Source: Auanema rhodensis
Lineage: Eukaryota > Animalia > Nematoda
Assembly (NCBI GenBank): GCA_964057225.1
Contig: OZ059898.1
Coordinates: 16,802,001-16,866,000, forward strand
Length of the DNA: 64,000 bases
Reading direction: 5' to 3'
Shown here piece after piece: positions 55,501 to 64,000 of the stretch; the first letter of the stretch is position 1, and each line of letters opens with the position of its first letter. Position numbers and translations under genes: made by a program. Under the pieces are notes generated by a model. That model worked only from the letters and a program-made list of their open reading frames with translations. It was not told the origin of the DNA and made no database searches.

Positions 55501-58500
55501 ACATTGTCCATCGTCTTTGCCTTGAAAAAAAGAATCTAAAAACATCTACTTTTTGCTAAATTATTTTGAAGTTTTTCGAAAAAATTTTTGTCAAAATGTT
55601 TTTGGAAGCAATGTTGAGTGTACATGGAAACTCAACATACACTAATGCATCATTTTTCAAACGATCATAACTAATTTTTGTATTAAGCGTTTCTCAATGT
55701 AGTATAGTGCATTTGATGCGGATTTTTAAGCTGCGTCGATCTGTGTTATCAGATTTGCGCTAGCTTAAAAATGCACCGAGATATGAACTGATATAAGTTC
55801 ACACTTATATCCTCGATTTTCACCCTGAAGAATTAATTTTTTTGTTGAATAACATTGCCCATCGTCTTTGCCTTGAAAAAAGGAATCTAAAAACATCTAC
55901 TTTTTGCTAAATTATTTTGAAATTTTTCGAAAAAATTTTTGTCAAAATGTTTTTGGAAGCAATGTTGAGTGTACATGGAAACTCAACATACACTAATGCA
56001 TCATTTTTCAAACGATCATAACTAATTTCTGTATTAAGCGTTTCTCAATGTAGTATAGTGCATTTGATGCGGATTTTTAAGCTGCGTCGATCTGTGTTAT
56101 CAGATTTGCGCTAGCTTGAAAATGCACCGAGATATCAACTGATATAAGTTCACACTTATATCCTCGATTTTCACCCTGAAGAAATAATTTTTCGTTGAAT
56201 AACATTGTCCATCGTCTTTGCCTTGAAAAAAAGAATCTAAAAACATCTACTTTTTGCTAAATTATTTTGAAGTTTTTCGAAAAAATTTTTGTCAAAATGT
56301 TTTTGGAAGCAATGTTGAGTGTACATGGAAACTCAACATACACTAATGCATCATTTTTCAAACGATCATAACTAATTTTTGTATTAAGCGTTTCTCAATG
56401 TAGTATAGTGCATTCGATGCGGATTTTCAAGCTGCGTCGATCTGTGTTATCAGATTTGCGCTAGCTTAAAAATGCACCGAGATATCAACTGATATAAGTT
56501 CACACTTATATCCTCGATTTTCACCCTGAAGAATTAATTTTTTTGTTGAATAACATTGCCCATCGTCTTTGCCTTGAAAAAAGGAATCTAAAAACATCTA
56601 CTTTTTGCTAAATTATTTTGAAATTTTTTGAAAAAATTTTTGTCAAAATGTTTTTGGAAGCAATGTTGAGTGTACATGGAAACTCAACATACACTAATGC
56701 ACCATTTTTCAAACAATCATAACTAATTTTTGTATTAAGCGTTTCTCAATGTAGTATAGTGCATTTGATGCGGATTTTTAAGCTGCGTCGATCTGTGTTA
56801 TCAGATTTGCGCTAGCTTAAAAATGCACCGAGATATCAACTGATATAAGTTCACACTTATATCCTCGATTTTCACCCTGAAGAAATAATTTTTTCGTTGA
56901 ATAACATTGTCCATCGTCTTTGCCTTGAAAAAAGGAATCTAAAAACATCTACTTTTTGCTAAATTATTTTGAAGTTTTTCGAAAAAATTTTTGTCAAAAT
57001 GTTTTTGGAAGCAATGTTGAGTGTACATGGAAACTCAACATACACTAATGCATCATTTTTCAAACGATCATAACTAATTTTTGTATTAAGCGTTTCTCAA
57101 TGTAGTATAGTGCATTCGATGCGGATTTTCAAGCTGCGTCGATCTGTGTTATCAGATTTGCGCTAGCTTAAAAATGCACCGAGATATCAACTGATATAAG
57201 TTCACACTTATATCCTCGATTTTCACCCTGAAGAAATAATTTTTTCGTTGAATAACATTGTCCATCGTCTTTGCCTTGAGAAAAGGAATTTGAAAACATC
57301 TACTTTTTGCTAAATTATTTTGAAATTTTTCGAAAAAATTTTTGTCAAAATGTTTTTGGAAGCAATGTTGAGTGTACATGTAAACTCAACATACACTAAT
57401 GCACCATTTTTCAAACAATCATAACTAATTTTTGTATTAAGCATTTTTCAATGTAGTATAGTGCATTTGATGCGGATTTTTAAGCTGCGTCGATCTGTGT
57501 TATCAAATTTGCGCTAGCTTAAAAATGCACCGAGATATCAACTGATATAAGTTCACACTTATATCCTCGATTTTCACCCTGAAGAAATAATTTTTTCGTT
57601 GAATAACATTGTCCATCGTCTTTGCCTTGAAAAAAGGAATCTAAAAACATCTACTTTTTGCTAAATTATTTTGAAGTTTTTCGAAAAAATTTTTGTCAAA
57701 ATGTTTTTGGAAGCAATGTTGAGTGTACATGGAAACTCAACATACACTAATGCATCATTTTTCAAACGATCATAACTAATTTTTGTATTAAGCGTTTCTC
57801 AATGTAGTATAGTGCATTCGATGCGGATTTTCAAGCTGCGTCGATCTGTGTTATCAGATTTGCGCTAGCTTAAAAATGCACCGAGATATCAACTGATATA
57901 AGTTCACACTTATATCCTCGATTTTCACCCTGAAGAAATAATTTTTTCGTTGAATAACATTGTCCATCGTCTTTGCCTTGAGAAAAGGAATTTGAAAACA
58001 TCTACTTTTTGCTAAATTATTTTGAAATTTTTCGAAAAAATTTTTGTCAAAATGTTTTTGGAAGCAATGTTGAGTGTACATGTAAACTCAACATACACTA
58101 ATGCACCATTTTTCAAACAATCATAACTAATTTTTGTATTAAGCATTTTTCAATGTAGTATAGTGCATTTGATGCGGATTTTTAAGCTGCGTCGATCTGT
58201 GTTATCAAATTTGCGCTAGCTTAAAAATGCACCGAGATATCAACTGATATAAGTTCACACTTATATCCTCGATTTTCACCCTGAAGAAATAATTTTTTCG
58301 TTGAATAACATTGTCCATCGTCTTTGCCTTGAAAAAAGGAATCTAAAAACATCTACTTTTTGCTAAATTATTATGAAATTTTTCGAAAAAATTTTTGTCA
58401 AAATGTTTTTGGAAGCAATGTTGAGTGTACATGGAAACTCAACATACACTAATGCATCATTTTTCAAACGATCATAACTAATTTTTGTATTAAGCGTTTC

Positions 58501-59900
58501 TCAATGTAGTATAGTGCATTCGATGCGGATTTTTAAGCTGCGTCGATCTGTGTTATCAGATTTGCGCTAGCTTAAAAATGCACCGAGATATCAACTGATA
58601 TAAGTTCACACTTATATCCTCAATTTTCACCCTGAAGAAATAATTTTTTCGTTGAATAACATTGTCCATCGTCTTTGCCTTGAAAAAAGGAATCTAAAAA
58701 CATCTACTTTTTGCTAAATTATTATGAAATTTTTCGAAAAAATTTTTGTCAAAATGTTTTTGGAAGCAATGTTGAGTGTACATGGAAACTCAACATACAC
58801 TAATGCATCATTTTTCAAACGATCATAACTAATTTTTGTATTAAGCGTTTCTCAATGTAGTATAGTGCATTTGATGCGGATTTTTAAGCTGCGTCGATCT
58901 GTGTTATCAGATTTGCGCTAGCTTAAAAATGCACCGAGATATCAACTGATATAAGTTCACACTTATATCCTCGATTTTCACCCTGAAGAAATAATTTTTT
59001 CGTTGAATAACATTGTCCATCGTCTTTGCCTTGAAAAAAGGAAGCTAAAAACATCTACTTTTTGCTAAATTATTTTGAAGTTTTTCGAAAAAATTTTTGT
59101 CAAAATGTTTTTGGAAGCAATGTTGAGTGTACATGGAAACTCAACATACACTAATGCATCATTTTTCAAACGATCATAACTAATTTTTGTATTAAGCGTT
59201 TCTCAATGTAGAATAGTGCATTTGATGCGGATTTTTAAGCTGCGTCGATCTGTGTTATCAGATTTGCGCTAGCTTAAAAATGCACCGAGATATCAACTGA
59301 TATAAGTTCACACTTATATCCTCGATTTTCACCCTGAAGAAATAATTTTTCGTTGAATAACATTGTCCATCGTCTTTGCCTTGAAAAAAAGAATCTAAAA
59401 ACATCTACTTTTTGCTAAATTATTTTGAAGTTTTTCGAAAAAATTTTTGTCAAAATGTTTTTGGAAGCAATGTTGAGTGTACATGGAAACTCAACATACA
59501 CTAATGCATCATTTTTCAAACGATCATAACTAATTTTTGTATTAAGCGTTTCTCAATGTAGTATAGTGCATTTGATGCGGATTTTTAAGCTGCGTCGATC
59601 TGTGTTATCAGATTTGCGCTAGCTTAAAAATGCACCGAGATATGAACTGATATAAGTTCACACTTATATCCTCGATTTTCACCCTGAAGAATTAATTTTT
59701 TTGTTGAATAACATTGCCCATCGTCTTTGCCTTGAAAAAAGGAATCTAAAAACATCTACTTTTTGCTAAATTATTTTGAAATTTTTCGAAAAAATTTTTG
59801 TCAAAATGTTTTTGGAAGCAATGTTGAGTGTACATGGAAACTCAACATACACTAATGCATCATTTTTCAAACGATCATAACTAATTTCTGTATTAAGCGT
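43513..59900. repeat. Long-range copy of the block at ~16147-32530 (offset 27.0-28.1 kb, 77-80 monomers)
   Basis: Rare alleles occur in the same order: ACTACT 16382/43748, TTTTCATTG 16903/44269, AAAAAGTTTT 24011/51026, GATATGAAC 28068/55785 and 32278/59644, AAATTTTTTGAA 28912/56629. Confidence 0.88.
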
Positions 59901-59999
59901 TTCTCAATGTAGTATAGTGCATTTGATGCGGATTTTTAAGCTGCGTCGATCTGTGTTATCAGATTTGCGCTAGCTTGAAAATGCACCGAGATATCAACT

Positions 60000-62900
60000 G
60001 ATATAAGTTCACACTTATATCCTCGATTTTCACCCTGAAGAAATAATTTTTCGTTGAATAACATTGTCCATCGTCTTTGCCTTGAAAAAAAGAATCTAAA
60101 AACATCTACTTTTTGCTAAATTATTTTGAAGTTTTTCGAAAAAATTTTTGTCAAAATGTTTTTGGAAGCAATGTTGAGTGTACATGGAAACTCAACATAC
60201 ACTAATGCATCATTTTTCAAACGATCATAACTAATTTTTGTATTAAGCGTTTCTCAATGTAGTATAGTGCATTCGATGCGGATTTTCAAGCTGCGTCGAT
60301 CTGTGTTATCAGATTTGCGCTAGCTTAAAAATGCACCGAGATATCAACTGATATAAGTTCACACTTATATCCTCGATTTTCACCCTGAAGAATTAATTTT
60401 TTTGTTGAATAACATTGCCCATCGTCTTTGCCTTGAAAAAAGGAATCTAAAAACATCTACTTTTTGCTAAATTATTTTGAAATTTTTCGAAAAAATTTTT
60501 GTCAAAATGTTTTTGGAAGCAATGTTGAGTGTACATGGAAACTCAACATACACTAATGCACCATTTTTCAAACAATCATAACTAATTTTTGTATTAAGCG
60601 TTTCTCAATGTAGTATAGTGCATTTGATGCGGATTTTTAAGCTGCGTCGATCTGTGTTATCAGATTTGCGCTAGCTTAAAAATGCACCGAGATATCAACT
60701 GATATAAGTTCACACTTATATCCTCGATTTTCACCCTGAAGAAATAATTTTTTCGTTGAATAACATTGTCCATCGTCTTTGCCTTGAAAAAAGGAATCTA
60801 AAAACATCTACTTTTTGCTAAATTATTTTGAAGTTTTTCGAAAAAATTTTTGTCAAAATGTTTTTGGAAGCAATGTTGAGTGTACATGGAAACTCAACAT
60901 ACACTAATGCATCATTTTTCAAACGATCATAACTAATTTTTGTATTAAGCGTTTCTCAATGTAGTATAGTGCATTCGATGCGGATTTTCAAGCTGCGTCG
61001 ATCTGTGTTATCAGATTTGCGCTAGCTTAAAAATGCACCGAGATATCAACTGATATAAGTTCACACTTATATCCTCGATTTTCACCCTGAAGAAATAATT
61101 TTTTCGTTGAATAACATTGTCCATCGTCTTTGCCTTGAGAAAAGGAATTTGAAAACATCTACTTTTTGCTAAATTATTTTGAAATTTTTCGAAAAAATTT
61201 TTGTCAAAATGTTTTTGGAAGCAATGTTGAGTGTACATGTAAACTCAACATACACTAATGCACCATTTTTCAAACAATCATAACTAATTTTTGTATTAAG
61301 CATTTTTCAATGTAGTATAGTGCATTTGATGCGGATTTTTAAGCTGCGTCGATCTGTGTTATCAAATTTGCGCTAGCTTAAAAATGCACCGAGATATCAA
61401 CTGATATAAGTTCACACTTATATCCTCGATTTTCACCCTGAAGAAATAATTTTTTCGTTGAATAACATTGTCCATCGTCTTTGCCTTGAAAAAAGGAATC
61501 TAAAAACATCTACTTTTTGCTAAATTATTATGAAATTTTTCGAAAAAATTTTTGTCAAAATGTTTTTGGAAGCAATGTTGAGTGTACATGGAAACTCAAC
61601 ATACACTAATGCATCATTTTTCAAACGATCATAACTAATTTTTGTATTAAGCGTTTCTCAATGTAGTATAGTGCATTCGATGCGGATTTTTAAGCTGCGT
61701 CGATCTGTGTTATCAGATTTGCGCTAGCTTAAAAATGCACCGAGATATCAACTGATATAAGTTCACACTTATATCCTCGATTTTCACCCTGAAGAAATAA
61801 TTTTTTCGTTGAATAACATTGTCCATCGTCTTTGCCTTGAAAAAAGGAATCTAAAAACATCTACTTTTTGCTAAATTATTATGAAATTTTTCGAAAAAAT
61901 TTTTGTCAAAATGTTTTTGGAAGCAATGTTGAGTGTACATGGAAACTCAACATACACTAATGCATCATTTTTCAAACGATCATAACTAATTTTTGTATTA
62001 AGCGTTTCTCAATGTAGTATAGTGCATTTGATGCGGATTTTTAAGCTGCGTCGATCTGTGTTATCAGATTTGCGCTAGCTTGAAAATGCACCGAGATATC
62101 AACTGATATAAGTTCACACTTATATCCTCGATTTTCACCCTGAAGAAATAATTTTTCGTTGAATAACATTGTCCATCGTCTTTGCCTTGAAAAAAAGAAT
62201 CTAAAAACATCTACTTTTTGCTAAATTATTTTGAAGTTTTTCGAAAAAATTTTTGTCAAAATGTTTTTGGAAGCAATGTTGAGTGTACATGGAAACTCAA
62301 CATACACTAATGCATCATTTTTCAAACGATCATAACTAATTTTTGTATTAAGCGTTTCTCAATGTAGTATAGTGCATTCGATGCGGATTTTCAAGCTGCG
62401 TCGATCTGTGTTATCAGATTTGCGCTAGCTTAAAAATGCACCGAGATATCAACTGATATAAGTTCACACTTATATCCTCGATTTTCACCCTGAAGAATTA
62501 ATTTTTTTGTTGAATAACATTGCCCATCGTCTTTGCCTTGAAAAAAGGAATCTAAAAACATCTACTTTTTGCTAAATTATTTTGAAATTTTTCGAAAAAA
62601 TTTTTGTCAAAATGTTTTTGGAAGCAATGTTGAGTGTACATGGAAACTCAACATACACTAATGCACCATTTTTCAAACAATCATAACTAATTTTTGTATT
62701 AAGCGTTTCTCAATGTAGTATAGTGCATTTGATGCGGATTTTTAAGCTGCGTCGATCTGTGTTATCAGATTTGCGCTAGCTTAAAAATGCACCGAGATAT
62801 CAACTGATATAAGTTCACACTTATATCCTCGATTTTCACCCTGAAGAAATAATTTTTTCGTTGAATAACATTGTCCATCGTCTTTGCCTTGAAAAAAGGA

Positions 62901-64000
62901 ATCTAAAAACATCTACTTTTTGCTAAATTATTTTGAAGTTTTTCGAAAAAATTTTTGTCAAAATGTTTTTGGAAGCAATGTTGAGTGTACATGGAAACTC
63001 AACATACACTAATGCATCATTTTTCAAACGATCATAACTAATTTTTGTATTAAGCGTTTCTCAATGTAGTATAGTGCATTCGATGCGGATTTTCAAGCTG
63101 CGTCGATCTGTGTTATCAGATTTGCGCTAGCTTAAAAATGCACCGAGATATCAACTGATATAAGTTCACACTTATATCCTCGATTTTCACCCTGAAGAAA
63201 TAATTTTTTCGTTGAATAACATTGTCCATCGTCTTTGCCTTGAGAAAAGGAATTTGAAAACATCTACTTTTTGCTAAATTATTTTGAAATTTTTCGAAAA
63301 AATTTTTGTCAAAATGTTTTTGGAAGCAATGTTGAGTGTACATGTAAACTCAACATACACTAATGCACCATTTTTCAAACAATCATAACTAATTTTTGTA
63401 TTAAGCATTTTTCAATGTAGTATAGTGCATTTGATGCGGATTTTTAAGCTGCGTCGATCTGTGTTATCAAATTTGCGCTAGCTTAAAAATGCACCGAGAT
63501 ATCAACTGATATAAGTTCACACTTATATCCTCGATTTTCACCCTGAAGAAATAATTTTTTCGTTGAATAACATTGTCCATCGTCTTTGCCTTGAAAAAAG
63601 GAATCTAAAAACATCTACTTTTTGCTAAATTATTATGAAATTTTTCGAAAAAATTTTTGTCAAAATGTTTTTGGAAGCAATGTTGAGTGTACATGGAAAC
63701 TCAACATACACTAATGCATCATTTTTCAAACGATCATAACTAATTTTTGTATTAAGCGTTTCTCAATGTAGTATAGTGCATTCGATGCGGATTTTTAAGC
63801 TGCGTCGATCTGTGTTATCAGATTTGCGCTAGCTTAAAAATGCACCGAGATATCAACTGATATAAGTTCACACTTATATCCTCGATTTTCACCCTGAAGA
63901 AATAATTTTTTCGTTGAATAACATTGTCCATCGTCTTTGCCTTGAAAAAAGGAATCTAAAAACATCTACTTTTTGCTAAATTATTATGAAATTTTTCGAA
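60000..64000. repeat. Tandem 6-monomer (2105-bp) duplication running off the window end
   Basis: Units start at 60000 and 62105 with the same order: 350-bp monomer, TGCCC type, GAAGTT type, ORF type (61011/63116), then two TTATTATGAA types. Confidence 0.85.

Larger units (their letters stand above)
1..64000. repeat. Tandem satellite DNA array, 351-bp monomer (182 full copies + 142 bp)
   Basis: GATATAAGTTCACACTTATATCC recurs at 1, 352, 703, ... 20008, ... 63859. The last start is 24 bp short of 182x351, matching the 24 monomers of 350 bp that I counted. Copies differ by only a few substitutions. No inversions, insertions or truncated units seen. The array runs off both window edges. Confidence 0.99.
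15796..64000. repeat. Haplotype domain 2: mosaic of several monomer subfamilies in irregular higher-order repeats
   Basis: TTATTTTGAA and GAAATAATT predominate. Contains the 350-bp subfamily, the divergent GAGAAAAGGAATTTG subfamily, the TGCCC subfamily and the TTATTATGAA subfamily. Confidence 0.85.

Noticed and set aside
20008-62454. 350-bp monomers as homopolymer sequencing errors
   Set aside because: All 24 deletions are at the same T-run, are linked to G93A, and sit at matching positions within duplicated blocks.
18563-63343. 28 copies of a 75-aa minus-strand ORF (MYTQHCFQKHFDKNFFEKF...) as a tandem gene family
   Set aside because: It is open in only 28 of 182 monomers. The rest have TAG (plus-strand CTA, offsets 98-100) or TAA (AATTA alleles) in frame. 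The F/K/N/I-rich composition simply reflects A/T tracts, I recognise no domain, and the few synonymous variants are shared with closed copies.
1-64000. CRISPR array or repeat-spacer cassette system built on the palindromic motifs
   Set aside because: The sequence between the palindromes is as conserved as the palindromes themselves. There are no unique spacers and no cas, integrase or reverse transcriptase genes in the window.

Overview
The whole 64 kb window is one uninterrupted head-to-tail tandem array (satellite DNA) of an AT-rich (~31% GC by hand count) 351-bp monomer: 182 complete copies plus a 142-bp partial copy, all in the same orientation. I see no genes, RNA genes, transposon insertions or CRISPR spacers. 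The 28 near-identical 75-aa minus-strand ORFs are a by-product of one monomer subfamily that lacks two stop codons. The organisation is typical of eukaryotic (peri)centromeric or heterochromatic satellite, but I cannot assign it to a named family or species. The informative structure is at two scales. (i) The monomer is rich in dyad symmetry: several hairpins plus a concentric, degenerate ~118-bp inverted module. (ii) Diagnostic SNPs reveal haplotype domains and nested duplications of 2, 5-6, 8, 14, 16-17 and ~78 monomers, one with a breakpoint mappable to 9 bp. 'Offset' below means position within a monomer that starts at GATATAAGTTCAC.
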